In this document: in pieces, positions 41,501 through 50,358 of the stretch
Numbering within the stretch: the first letter of the stretch is position 1
How the letters are laid out: every line of letters starts with the position of its first letter
DNA from: an uncultured Heliomicrobium sp.
GTDB lineage: Bacteria; Acidobacteriota; Blastocatellia; RBC074
Length of the DNA stretch: 64,000 nucleotides
Direction: 5' to 3'
Assembly: GCA_964603695.1 (NCBI GenBank)
Contig: CAZRXE010000825.1
Location: 30,642-94,641, forward strand
Translations under genes and position numbers: made by a program
The notes under the pieces: generated by a model
The model's database searches: none
What the model was told of the DNA's origin: nothing
What the model saw: only the letters and a program-made list of their open reading frames with translations

Positions 41501-41922
41501 CTCCACGCCCCGTTTCCGCCAGCCCCAAGTCGCAATCGCGACTGCGCGTGCTGGTGGCGGAAGACAATATCGTCAATCAACGAGTGGCAGCTCTGATGTT
41601 GCAAAAACTGGGGTATGGGGCCGATATCGTCGGCAACGGTCTGGAAGCTTTGGAAGCCCTGCGCCGCCAGCCCTACGATATCGTCTTGATGGATTTACAA
41701 ATGCCTGAAATGGACGGCATGGAAGCCACCCGCCAAATTCGCGCCCAAAGTGCGGCCTGGAAACAGCCACGCATTATCGCCCTCACCGCCAATGCCATGA
41801 GAGGCGACCGGGAATTATGTCTGGCAGCGGGCATGGACGATTATCTGAGCAAACCCTTGCGGCTCGAAGATCTGCAAGCCGCGTTGCGGCGTTGCAGCGA
41901 GACGCCTTATAGCGATTTGTAG
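38551..41922 (+). CDS. Hybrid sensor histidine kinase with N-terminal HNOBA (H-NOX-associated PAS-like) domain. Domain order: HNOBA, GAF, PAS, PAS, HisKA, HATPase_c, REC, REC.
   Basis: 'FPFHFVLDRDLRIVQAGKAL', 'LKGQFLKTDATLIFLGSP', 'LIDFPVHDSTTHYLPLL' parallel the sGC beta1 HNOBA 'FPFHIIFDRDL', '[20 protein letters not shown]', 'LSDIPLHDATRDLVLL'. The PAS/HisKA/HATPase core is paralogous to the 6776-9769 kinase. Start is 5 nt after the H-NOX stop. Confidence 0.85.
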   Translation: MGEPRFGLSPKHFAEAFPFHFVLDRDLRIVQAGKALEQICRIKLGVAFSVAFYIVRPNLHPTFEAIGDRQNTLFLLRPNSVPIQLKGQFLKTDATLIFLGSPKITELRELDELELSLIDFPVHDSTTHYLPLLQTSKMALREANNLAEMLAKQRAEQSRINSELTVQFEVTRVLEIAASLEDAIPRLLSAIGGGLDCGVGEFWQVDEAKGRLYCVEMWSQSPEKHAAFAPGTQHFNFAKGEGLPGITWECGEPVGFENVTTNPRFLRAEAAQAAGLQSAWAFPLQSGGDVSGVMAFYCAQSLYSDERLQALLRNLSSQISQFIERKQAEKASREVETRYRVVAETASDAIITLDQESHILFANQAVERIFGHSREFLIGQKITCLMPKEMQTAHNRGITRYLRIKKRHISWSGVEVWGLHRDGHQIPLEVSFSDYVLKDQHLFTGFVRDISQRKQAEEQLRAANSRLAALLSNLQDGILVEDEERRLVLVNQEFCRIFGIEASPKAMVGADCAQAAENLKGIFADSALFLSRITAILAERQVVVNEEIALLDGRTLERNYVPIFAGEIYRGHLWSYRDITTRKRIKEELKEAKDLAESANLAKSQFLANMSHEIRTPMNAVIGLTGLLLDTELNAQQRDYLQTIRSSGEDLLTIINDILDFSKIESGRLELDWHPCDLRLCLEEALDLLATRAAEKKLELACVIESGTPAHVVTDATRLRQILVNLLSNAVKFTEAGEVVVQVLAEPLDNGQYEIRFSVRDSGIGIPAERMDRLFRSFSQVDASTTRTYGGTGLGLAVCKRLTKMLGGKIWAESEFGAGSTFFFTIRAEPAAPLNPPSEQGAAESLRHKRVLVVDDNATSRLILRRQMQDWEMLPRVTASAHEALSWIRAGETFDVALLDMRMPEMDGLRLASLIQAERGNSLPIAIFSSINRRELENERDELAGATLPEVAGVLTKPIKSGQLRTLLLNILAKSSTAAKPLLAPRPVSASPKSQSRLRVLVAEDNIVNQRVAALMLQKLGYGADIVGNGLEALEALRRQPYDIVLMDLQMPEMDGMEATRQIRAQSAAWKQPRIIALTANAMRGDRELCLAAGMDDYLSKPLRLEDLQAALRRCSETPYSDL

Positions 41923-41940
41923 TTGAGTGCAACCGAGAGA

Positions 41941-42003
41941 TCACAGATGAACACGGATGAACTCTCAACTTTCATCTGTGTTCACCCGTGTTCATCCGTG
42001 GTT
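41941..42003 (+). terminator. Long imperfect stem-loop immediately after the kinase stop. Candidate terminator or RNA element.
   Basis: 'GATGAACACGGATGAAC' ..17 nt.. 'GTTCACCCGTGTTCATC' (17-bp arms, one mismatch). No clear U-tract follows. Confidence 0.3.
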
Positions 42004-42042
42004 GCAGATTGCACGCATCTGAAAATTGCTGTAACAACCCAG

Positions 42043-42080
42043 CAATTCTCGATTTGTACAGCGGACTCCTCAGTCCGCTG
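42043..42080. repeat. Copy C of the palindromic repeat family. The cleanest copy.
   Basis: 'CAATTCTCgattTGTACAGCGGACTcctcAGTCCGCTG' has a perfect 9-bp stem and a 4-nt loop. Confidence 0.5.
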
Positions 42081-42240
42081 CGTTCAGCAACCAAAACTCT
42101 CGCGAGTTGAACTCATTGCAGTTATAAAAAATCTTGCTGGAGGTGTTTCCCGGTATCGTTATCAGATGCTGGGTTATCCTATTAAGTAAATGCTCCGGTA
42201 AGTGGTTGATTTTCTCCCACTTGCCGGGTAACTTTCGGCC

Positions 42241-43512
42241 ATGTACGAAAGAACAATTAAACCTCAATTGTTAAAGGCTTTATCGGATACACCGGTCGTT
42301 TTGCTCAACGGAGCGAGGCAGACTGGCAAAAGCACACTAGCGCGAATGTTGTCGGACACGCATCCGGCACAGTACGTTACGCTGGATGACGCTTCGACTT
42401 TGGCGGCGGCGCGGTACGACGCGCAAGGTTTCGTGGCGGGGTTTGGCGGGGCGATCATTCTTGACGAGATTCAGCGCGCACCGGAATTGTTTCTGGCGAT
42501 CAAGGCAGCAGTGGATCAGGACAGGCGGCCGGGCAGGTTTTTGTTGACGGGTTCCGCCAACGTCATGCTGTTGCCTGATTTATCTGATTCGCTGGCCGGG
42601 CGGATGGAGATTTTGACGCTCTGGCCGTTTTCACAAGGCGAGTTGGAAGGCGTTCAGGAAGATTTTATTGACAGGCTTTTCGGCGATGAGTTCAAACCAG
42701 CGGTGACGAGCGTTTTGGAACGCGCGCAACTATTGCAGCGAATTCTGCGCGGCGGCTATCCGGAAGTGTTGATGCGCGCGGAGGAAGACCGCCGCAATGC
42801 CTGGTTCGGAGCGTATCTGACGACCATTCTTCAACGCGACGTGCGCGACCTGGCAAATATAGAAGGGCTGACGGCGCTTCCCAGATTGTTGGCGCTGCTG
42901 GCGACGCGGGCTTGTTCACTGCTCAACCTGGCGGACATTTCGCGCGGAACGGAAATCGCGCAAACCACGCTCAAACGGTATCTGACTTTGCTTGAGGCGA
43001 CTTACCTGGTGACGCTCAATCCCGCCTGGGCCTCCAATCTGGGAAAGCGATTGGTCAAAGCGCCTAAATTGATGCTCAACGACACTGGATTACTGGGCTA
43101 TCTGTTAGGGCTGGGCGTGGATCGTTTGATGAACGACGGCAACTTATTGGGCGGCTTGCTGGAAAACTTCGTCGCCCTCGAATTGAGAAAGCAAATCGGC
43201 TGGAGCCGCACGCGCCCGCAGATGTTTCACTTCCGCACGCAGAACGGGCAGGAAGTGGACATCGTTCTGGAAAACAGAAGAGGCGACATTGCCGCCATCG
43301 AAGTCAAAGCGGGTGCCAGCGTCAACAGCGCGGATTTTAAAGGATTGCGCGCCCTGCAGGAAATCGCCGGAGAACGTTTCAAACGGGGCGTTCTGCTGCA
43401 CACCGGAACTGCCTCCATTCCCTTTGGCGAAAACCTGTTTGCGTTGCCGGTTTCGGCTTTATGGCAAAGGCAGGATTCCCATTTGTCCTTTACTCAAGAC
43501 ACGGCAAATTAA
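42241..43512 (+). CDS. AAA+ ATPase with DUF4143 (COG1373 family).
   Basis: Walker A 'LLNGARQTGKSTLARML'. 423-aa length. C-terminal DUF4143-like region 'LLHTG'. Confidence 0.75.
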   Translation: MYERTIKPQLLKALSDTPVVLLNGARQTGKSTLARMLSDTHPAQYVTLDDASTLAAARYDAQGFVAGFGGAIILDEIQRAPELFLAIKAAVDQDRRPGRFLLTGSANVMLLPDLSDSLAGRMEILTLWPFSQGELEGVQEDFIDRLFGDEFKPAVTSVLERAQLLQRILRGGYPEVLMRAEEDRRNAWFGAYLTTILQRDVRDLANIEGLTALPRLLALLATRACSLLNLADISRGTEIAQTTLKRYLTLLEATYLVTLNPAWASNLGKRLVKAPKLMLNDTGLLGYLLGLGVDRLMNDGNLLGGLLENFVALELRKQIGWSRTRPQMFHFRTQNGQEVDIVLENRRGDIAAIEVKAGASVNSADFKGLRALQEIAGERFKRGVLLHTGTASIPFGENLFALPVSALWQRQDSHLSFTQDTAN

Positions 43513-43514
43513 GC

Positions 43515-43979
43515 TTACTTGCGTTTGCCTGGAACCCAATCAGGCGATAGCTCTACATTCAATCGTGGACATCGCCACAACCACGTCTGCACCTGAATGA
43601 CCCTGGCAACCCAAATGACCAAGCCTTGTGCTTTGACACGTAACTCATCGGCCTGGGCTTGTCCCAACGGACACGGTCGCTCGACCAAATGCTCATGCAC
43701 CGTCTGACAATGCTGACCGCTGTCATCCAGCCAGTCCCGTACCGTGCGTTCGTCGAGCCGGAAGGCGACGACAATCGCTGGCACCGGACAACTGTGCGCT
43801 AACAACGTGACGACACGCTCCAGTAGTTCGGCTTCTTTTTGCCGCCGGTAGAAGATCGTGCCTGTGGTCGTGCTGAACGTCTGACAGACATCGCGGCGCT
43901 CTTTCCCGAAATGTTGCCTCTGTGGCTGAGAAGGAATAGATCTGGCAAGGTCAGCCAAGTGCTTGTCAGCAGCCTTCAA
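43515..43979 (-). mobile_element. Truncated IS-family transposase gene (N-terminal 154-aa fragment only).
   Basis: 'VPAIVVAFRLDERTVRDWLDDSGQHCQTVHEHLV...GQAQADELRVKAQG' resembles the N-terminal HTH region of IS4/IS701-like transposases. No DDE domain follows. The ORF ends 3 nt from the ATPase stop. Confidence 0.4.
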
Positions 43980-44004
43980 TCCATCGCATCGCCTTCCCCT
44001 CTTG

Positions 44005-44052
44005 TTGACAATCTACAAAAGGGTGCTAGACTCGCGCCCGCTTTTGTAGATT
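44005..44052 (+). promoter_or_regulatory. Candidate sigma70-type promoter (TTGACA-16-TAGACT) embedded in a perfect 12-bp inverted repeat AATCTACAAAAG-N19-CTTTTGTAGATT. It is related to the PadR promoter at 58906-58946.
   Basis: Read directly from the sequence. It lies upstream of the 13.5-kb plus-strand array that begins at 44225. Confidence 0.4.
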
Positions 44053-44224
44053 ATCTAGGAAACAGACTTGCGCAACCGGCTGCATAAGGTCGAAATCGCG
44101 CGCGGCCACTTCGCAGCTAAAACTAAAGATGATGAGGGGAGGTCGTGGCCGGGCGAAGTCCGGCCACGACCCACGATCGAAATAACTCAAGCGGCGTACC
44201 ACAAGGCTGCTGGCGTGGAAACCA

Positions 44225-45313
44225 ATGAGGCAAAGAAGCACGACGATGTTTCAGGCGGTTTGGTTAAGTATTGCGCTTCTGTGCGACCTGCCGGCGGTGG
44301 CGGCGCAAACGCCGACGGAACCGCAAATCACGCGCGCCAACGTGCCGCAACAAGTGGCCGAGGGCGTGTATGTCATCCGCCATCGCGGCGCGGCGGCGAA
44401 CAGCGGCAACACCGTTATCATCATCGGCGAGCGCGAAATACTGGTCGTGGATTCATGTTTTCAGCCCTCGGTTGCGCGCCGTGACATAGCCCAGCTCCGC
44501 CAATTGTCCGATAAGCCTGTGCGTTACTTGCTGAACACTCACTGGCACAACGACCATAACGCGGGCAATGGCGTATATCTGGAAACCTTCCCCGGTCTGG
44601 CTGTCATCGCGCACGTCGAAACTAAAAAAGACATGGACTTGCACATCCGCAGTTATCCGGCACGGCTGCTGGCGGGCATTGCCGCGCAACGGCAGCGACT
44701 GGCGGCAAGCAAGGACGAGGACGGCAAGCCGCTGACCGAAGACGGCAAGGCGGAACTCGCGGTGCTGCTGGCGCAACGGCAGTCTTTGGCGGACGAATAC
44801 AAAACGACTGTTTACCAATCACCCACGCTGACTTTCGAGCACGAAATGAATATTGATCTTGGCAATCGTGAAGTACAGATCAAATACCTCGGACGCGGCA
44901 ATACGAGCGGCGATGCAGTGGCTTACCTGCCAAAAGAGCGGGTGTTGATTACGGGCGATTTGCTGGTGCATCCGCTGCCTTACACCTATGACGGTTATCC
45001 CACCGATTGGATCAAGACGCTCGACCGGCTGAGGCAATTCGATGCGCAAGTGATCGTGCCGGGGCACGGCGAGGTGTTGCGCGATAAGACTTACCTTCAC
45101 GCAGTGCGCGACCTGCTCAGCAGCGCGGTCGAACAGATCAATGCGCGATTGCGTCAGGTTGGGCCTGCCGAATTTCTGACCTTCGACGCCGTCAAAGGGA
45201 GCATTGACTTGACGCCGCTCCAGCAAAGTTTTGTCGGCGCATCCGCCGAGTCCTTCGAGGCGATGGCCGCACGTTTAATCAAGCTGGTCTTCAATGAAGC
45301 GGTATTGAGATAG
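44225..45313 (+). CDS. Secreted metallo-beta-lactamase-fold hydrolase.
   Basis: Signal peptide. 'LLNTHWHNDHNAGN' (H-x-H-x-D-H zinc motif). 'PGHG' distal His. Confidence 0.8.
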   Translation: MRQRSTTMFQAVWLSIALLCDLPAVAAQTPTEPQITRANVPQQVAEGVYVIRHRGAAANSGNTVIIIGEREILVVDSCFQPSVARRDIAQLRQLSDKPVRYLLNTHWHNDHNAGNGVYLETFPGLAVIAHVETKKDMDLHIRSYPARLLAGIAAQRQRLAASKDEDGKPLTEDGKAELAVLLAQRQSLADEYKTTVYQSPTLTFEHEMNIDLGNREVQIKYLGRGNTSGDAVAYLPKERVLITGDLLVHPLPYTYDGYPTDWIKTLDRLRQFDAQVIVPGHGEVLRDKTYLHAVRDLLSSAVEQINARLRQVGPAEFLTFDAVKGSIDLTPLQQSFVGASAESFEAMAARLIKLVFNEAVLR

Positions 45314-45327
45314 CAGACCGAAACAAG

Positions 45328-46338
45328 TTGATGATGAAAGCAATCCTGACATTTGGGAGCTGGTTATTCCTGGCGCTCTGCAACATCGTTTCACCGCCGG
45401 AAACGGCGTTGATCGCTGGCAGGCAGGCTGCGGCAAAACCCGGCGAGCGCGAGGGGCATTGTCTGGTTTACGACGGGCAGCGCCGCCAAGTCATTCTGCT
45501 GGACGGTTACCAACCGCCGGACCTGCCGGAGCGCGGAGAAGTGTGGAGTTGGGACGGGCGGCAGTGGCATTTGATTCCCGGCACAGGCCCGGCGGCGCGC
45601 AGTTTGAGCGGAGCAGTCTTTGATTCGCGCCGCAAAAAGATCGTTGAGTTTGGCGGAGTCGGCAACAGCGGCTACGACGACACCAAAGGCGACACTTGGG
45701 AGTGGGACGGCAAAAACTGGCGGCAGATGACGGACACCGGCATCGGCACGCGCGATCATCACGCCATGGCTTATGACGCGGTGCGCGGCAAGACTGTGCT
45801 GTACGGCGGACAACATGCCGACCGTTCGTGGGCGAAAGACACCTGGGAATGGGACAGCAAGCAATGGACGAAGTTCGCAGTGCCTGGCCCGGGCGGACGT
45901 GTGCATGCGGCGATGGCCTATGACGGCAAGCGCAAAAAAGTGATTCTCTTCGGCGGCGGCACCGAAGACGGCCGCGCGCGCAACGATACTTGGGAGTGGG
46001 ATGGCCGCGCCTGGCACAAGCTGAGTGACGACGGGCCGCCGCCGCGTTCACATCATCGTCTGGCTTTCGATAGCCGCGCCGGCGTCATGCTTTTGTACGG
46101 CGGCAACGGAGTTCGTCCGCCGAACATGCTAGGCCTCAGCGTGCTGGCCGATATGTGGCAATGGGACGGTCAGCATTGGGCTGAGATAAAAGCGACGGGG
46201 CCGGGCAAACGCTTGCTGCATGCGATGGTTTACGACGAAGCGCGCGGCAAACTGGTTTTGTATGGCGGCGGCAACGGCCGGAAGTCGCTGGCTGATACGT
46301 GGGAATGGGACGGCCGGCAGTGGAAACAGATCAAATAG
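45328..46338 (+). CDS. Secreted Kelch-repeat beta-propeller protein.
   Basis: Six repeats of '[GK]DTWEWDG+xW' with 'YGG' / 'FGG' blade motifs. N-terminal signal peptide. Confidence 0.75.
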   Translation: MMMKAILTFGSWLFLALCNIVSPPETALIAGRQAAAKPGEREGHCLVYDGQRRQVILLDGYQPPDLPERGEVWSWDGRQWHLIPGTGPAARSLSGAVFDSRRKKIVEFGGVGNSGYDDTKGDTWEWDGKNWRQMTDTGIGTRDHHAMAYDAVRGKTVLYGGQHADRSWAKDTWEWDSKQWTKFAVPGPGGRVHAAMAYDGKRKKVILFGGGTEDGRARNDTWEWDGRAWHKLSDDGPPPRSHHRLAFDSRAGVMLLYGGNGVRPPNMLGLSVLADMWQWDGQHWAEIKATGPGKRLLHAMVYDEARGKLVLYGGGNGRKSLADTWEWDGRQWKQIK

Positions 46339-46381
46339 TCTCATCCGGTTTTATTGTGAAGCGGTCGGAGAGAAGAAGAGC

Positions 46382-47848
46382 ATGAAAAGACTGGTAAGCC
46401 ATAGACTCCTAGTCGTAATGCTGACGCTGTCGGTAGCCCTGATTGGATTGACCGGAAAAGTGACGAGTGGCGGTGCTTCCATTTGGAGAAAAGATTCAGT
46501 CACCACGCCGGTGCAGCCGCTCAGCCCGCGCCTTGCAGCCTTGCTCCGGGAGCTTCAGTCCGGCAATCGCGGTGCGCTCGAAACCTTCTGGCAGGAAGTC
46601 GCCAAACGATGCACGCCGCTTGTCGAGCCGACGCCGGACACTCCTCATTATCTTTACGTAACGTTTTTATGGCGTGGCAAGAAAGATACTCGGAACGTCA
46701 TTGTTAATGCCTTCGATGAAAACAATCAATTGGCCGATCCCGGATTTCTCGCTCAAGCCACAATGACGCTCTTGCCTGACTCCGACGTTTGGTACAGAAC
46801 TTATCGCCTGCGCGATGACGCCCGCTTCAGCTATCGCATCTCACCGAACGATGCGTTGACACTGCTCTCCACGCTCAAGCCCGAAGAGCAATCCAAGCGA
46901 TTGGGTACGCTGCAAGCTGATCCGTTCAATCCTCACCATTATCAGAGCCGCAACGGCGATTCGTCGGTGGTCGAATTGCCGCACGCGCCGCCGCAACCGT
47001 GGATCGAGCCGCTGCCGGGCGTGCCGAAGGGCAAAGTCGAAGAGATAAAATTCAAGAGTACGATCCTGAATAACGAGCGTCCGGTTTGGGTCTATACCCC
47101 GCCCGGCTATAAAACAGGCGGTCAGCCGTATCACCTGCTCGTTACTTTTGACGGCATAACCTATGTGACGAAAGCCTCAGAAGGAGGTGTTTCCTTGCCG
47201 ACAACGCTCAATAATTTGTTGGCCAGGGGAAAACTGTCGCCGATGGTCGCCGTCATGATCGGCAACGCGCCGGGAGCGCGGATCAAAGAGTTGTGGTACC
47301 ACGAACCATTCAACAATTTTTTGGCCAAAGAAATAATCTTCTGGGTCAGGCGGCACTATCACGTGACTTCCAATCCGCAACAAACTGTCGTTGCGGGACT
47401 CAGTTTGGGCGGAGGGGCCGCGCTGTTTGCGGGCTTCAGACATTCTGAAATCTTCGGCAATGTCATCTCGCAATCGGGTGGGTATATGTATCGGCAAACT
47501 CCTGAAGAAATGTCGCCGCTTATCCGGCCCGGCCAGCCTTTCAATGAAGAAGACTTTCCAGACTCGGAATGGCTGACCCGACAAATTGCGACCAAACCCA
47601 CAGTCTGGTTGCGTGTCTATCTGGAGGCCGGATTGCTGGAAGATTTGCATTATCAGGTGGAGTTGCCCCGCTTCGCATACCCATCGCTGATTCTGGCGAC
47701 AAGACATTTGCGCGACGTTCTGCAAGCAAAGGGCTATTCAACTTTCTACAACGAATACAACGGCCCACACGAGACCTTGAATTGGCGCGGCACGCTGGCC
47801 GATGGCTTGCTTGCTCTACTGGGCAAAGAACAAAGGGCGGCCAAGTGA
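46382..47848 (+). CDS. Secreted esterase, enterochelin-esterase (Fes)-like alpha/beta hydrolase.
   Basis: Signal peptide 'MKRLVSHRLLVVMLTLSVALIGL'. Nucleophile elbow 'GLSLGGGAAL'. Length and N-domain consistent with the PF00756 family. The ATG at 46382 is preferred over 46220, which overlaps the upstream gene. Confidence 0.7.
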   Translation: MKRLVSHRLLVVMLTLSVALIGLTGKVTSGGASIWRKDSVTTPVQPLSPRLAALLRELQSGNRGALETFWQEVAKRCTPLVEPTPDTPHYLYVTFLWRGKKDTRNVIVNAFDENNQLADPGFLAQATMTLLPDSDVWYRTYRLRDDARFSYRISPNDALTLLSTLKPEEQSKRLGTLQADPFNPHHYQSRNGDSSVVELPHAPPQPWIEPLPGVPKGKVEEIKFKSTILNNERPVWVYTPPGYKTGGQPYHLLVTFDGITYVTKASEGGVSLPTTLNNLLARGKLSPMVAVMIGNAPGARIKELWYHEPFNNFLAKEIIFWVRRHYHVTSNPQQTVVAGLSLGGGAALFAGFRHSEIFGNVISQSGGYMYRQTPEEMSPLIRPGQPFNEEDFPDSEWLTRQIATKPTVWLRVYLEAGLLEDLHYQVELPRFAYPSLILATRHLRDVLQAKGYSTFYNEYNGPHETLNWRGTLADGLLALLGKEQRAAK

Positions 47849-47859
47849 GCTGAAACACT

Positions 47860-50349
47860 ATGAAATCTATCCCGACACTCGTAGCAGCCGCGCAGCTCTC
47901 GCGTGGCAACGTTGCCAATCACTTGCTGCAAGACCTGCGCTTTGGCGCGCGAATGTTGTTCAAACAACCTGGCTTTACGCTGGTTGCCGTCGTCACTCTC
48001 GCGCTCGGCATCGGCGCGACGACGGCGTTGTTCAGTGTCGTCAACGGCGTGCTGCTGCGTTCGCTGCCGTATCGAGACCCGGCGCAGTTGATGATGATTT
48101 CAATGTACGGCAAGCAGGACAACGCCGCGCCGACGGTGTCCGGGCCGGACTTTCACGATTTCCGCGAGCGTAGCCGCGCGTTTGCCGGGTTCGCGGGAAT
48201 GCTGGCGATCACGGGGACACTGACGGGCGACACTCTGCCGGAGACGGTGGATTTGGGCATTACGACCTGGAATCTGTTTCCGCTGCTGGGCGTCGAATTG
48301 GCGCAGGGCCGCAACTTCACGGCGGCGGAAGATGTCGCCAACGGCCCCAAAGTCGTCGTCATCAGCCACGGTCTGTGGCAGCGGCGGTACGGCGCGCGTG
48401 CTGATTTGATCGGCCAAACGATTCTGGTGAACGATGAACCGTGGCAGGTGATCGGCGTGCTGCCGGCGGATTTCAAATTGCATCTGCCGCCCGACGCGCA
48501 TCGCTGGAAAGACAAGCAGCCCGATTTGTGGAAGCTGATGCAGCGTGATTTTTCGGCGGAGGAACGCGGCCTCAATTACATGACCGCGCTGGGCCGCCTG
48601 AAATCGGGCGTTGCGCTGACGCAGGGACAAGCCGAGATGGACGGCATCGCCGCGCAATTGCGCGCCGAGCACACAGAGTATCAGGACACCCATTTGCGGA
48701 TTCGCGTCGTGTCGCTGCAACAAAAGATCGTCAGCGGTGTGCGGCCCGCGCTGTTGGTGCTGTTGGCGGCAGTCGGTTTCGTGTTGCTGATTGCCTGCGC
48801 CAATGTCGCAGGGCTGTTGCTGGTGCGCACGCTGGCGCGCGGCAAGGAACTGGCGATTCGCGCGGCGCTCGGTGCAACGCGGGCGCGGCTGATGCGGCAG
48901 GCATTGACCGAAAGCTTATTGCTGGCTCTGTGCGGCGGCGCGGCGGGTTTGTTGCTCGCGTTTTGGGGCGTGCGGCTGTTGCATTGGCTCAAGCCCGCGA
49001 ATTTGCCGCATCTGGAAAATGTGACGATCAATTGGCGCGTGCTGGCCTTCAGTCTGGCGGCGTGCGTGTTGACGGCGTTGCTGGCGGGATTGGCTCCGGC
49101 GCTCAGGCTCTCGCGCCCGGATTTGCAGACGGCGCTCAAAGAAGGCGGTAAGACTTCCGCCGCGCCGGACAGTCGCAGCTTGCACAACGTGTTCGTGACG
49201 GTGCAGATGGCGTTGTCGTTGCTTTTGTTGATCGGCGCGGCGCTGCTGATGCGCAGCTTTGCGGCGCTGCAAAAAGTGCAACCAGGCTTTCAAACGGAAA
49301 ACGTGCTGACGTTTCAAATCAATTTGCCTTATGCGCGTTATGGCGTGCCGCGCAATGCCGGCTTCTTTCAGCAGCTTGAAGCGCGCCTTGCGCGGCTGCC
49401 CGGCGTGATGGCGGTCGGCACGATTTCGCAACTGCCGTTCACGGGCAAAGGCTACGGCACGGGGTATTCGTGGGATGAGCCGTCCGCGCGCGACGATCTG
49501 TCGGCGGACTGGCGCTTCATCACACCGCCGTATTTGCAGGCGACCGGTACGCGCCTGCTGGCTGGTCGCTGGTTCACCGAGCAGGACGATTCGCAGCATC
49601 CGCGCGTCGTGATCGTGGACGAAACGCTGGCGCGCAAAGCCTGGCCGCATGAAAGCGCCATCGGCAAACGCCTGCTGGTGGGCGATTCGACGCCGCCTGT
49701 ACCGGTCTGGATGGAAGTCGTCGGCGTGGTCGAACACACGCAGAACCACGCGCTCGGCGTGCCGGGGCGCGAACAGCTTTACATGCCCTATGCGCAAAAA
49801 CCTGTCGTGCCGTTGATGAACGTCGCCGTGCGCACGACCGTGCCGCCGCTCACACTAACCAAAGCGATAGAGCAGGAAGTGCAGGCGCTCGACAAAAACC
49901 TGCCCGTCAACAATGTGCGCTTGCTGGAAAGTTACGTGGCCGACGCGCTGGCACCCGCGCGCTTCAGCCTGACATTGATGGGCGTGTTCAGCACCGTGGC
50001 GCTCGCGCTCGCGGCCATCGGCGTGTATGGCGTGATGGCATACGCGGTCAGCCGCCGCACGCAGGAAATCGGCGTGCGGCTGGCGCTGGGCGCGCAACCG
50101 GCGGACATCCTGAAGTTGATGATGCGGCATGGATTGACGTTGGCGTGCTGCGGCGTTGCGCTGGGCCTGACGGCGGCTCTGATTTTTACACGCTGGCTGG
50201 ACAGTTTGTTGTACAACGTGGGCGCGCGCGATCCGCTGACGTTCGGCGGCGGAGCAGTTGCGCTGATCGTCGTGGCGCTCGTGGCGTGTTGGATTCCGGC
50301 ACGACGCGCGACGAAAGTTGATCCGCTGATTGCGCTTCGCACTGAATAG
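47860..50349 (+). CDS. ADOP-family MacB/FtsX-like ABC permease with no cognate ATPase, paralog 1.
   Basis: '[46 protein letters not shown]'. Two FtsX-like 4-TM modules. C-terminal '[13 protein letters not shown]'. Confidence 0.85.
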   Translation: MKSIPTLVAAAQLSRGNVANHLLQDLRFGARMLFKQPGFTLVAVVTLALGIGATTALFSVVNGVLLRSLPYRDPAQLMMISMYGKQDNAAPTVSGPDFHDFRERSRAFAGFAGMLAITGTLTGDTLPETVDLGITTWNLFPLLGVELAQGRNFTAAEDVANGPKVVVISHGLWQRRYGARADLIGQTILVNDEPWQVIGVLPADFKLHLPPDAHRWKDKQPDLWKLMQRDFSAEERGLNYMTALGRLKSGVALTQGQAEMDGIAAQLRAEHTEYQDTHLRIRVVSLQQKIVSGVRPALLVLLAAVGFVLLIACANVAGLLLVRTLARGKELAIRAALGATRARLMRQALTESLLLALCGGAAGLLLAFWGVRLLHWLKPANLPHLENVTINWRVLAFSLAACVLTALLAGLAPALRLSRPDLQTALKEGGKTSAAPDSRSLHNVFVTVQMALSLLLLIGAALLMRSFAALQKVQPGFQTENVLTFQINLPYARYGVPRNAGFFQQLEARLARLPGVMAVGTISQLPFTGKGYGTGYSWDEPSARDDLSADWRFITPPYLQATGTRLLAGRWFTEQDDSQHPRVVIVDETLARKAWPHESAIGKRLLVGDSTPPVPVWMEVVGVVEHTQNHALGVPGREQLYMPYAQKPVVPLMNVAVRTTVPPLTLTKAIEQEVQALDKNLPVNNVRLLESYVADALAPARFSLTLMGVFSTVALALAAIGVYGVMAYAVSRRTQEIGVRLALGAQPADILKLMMRHGLTLACCGVALGLTAALIFTRWLDSLLYNVGARDPLTFGGGAVALIVVALVACWIPARRATKVDPLIALRTE

Positions 50350-50358
50350 GAAAAAACT

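Noticed and set aside
44068-44484. 138-aa Arg-rich ORF across the candidate promoter and the start of the MBL hydrolase gene.
   Set aside because: It has no signal and no motifs, and it overlaps a gene with a clear HxHxDH signature in another frame. It was treated as non-coding.
46220-46381. ORF-track start of the esterase gene, overlapping the Kelch gene by 119 nt.
   Set aside because: The overlap is implausible. An in-frame ATG at 46382 directly begins a signal peptide and follows a purine-rich stretch, so the gene is called from 46382.
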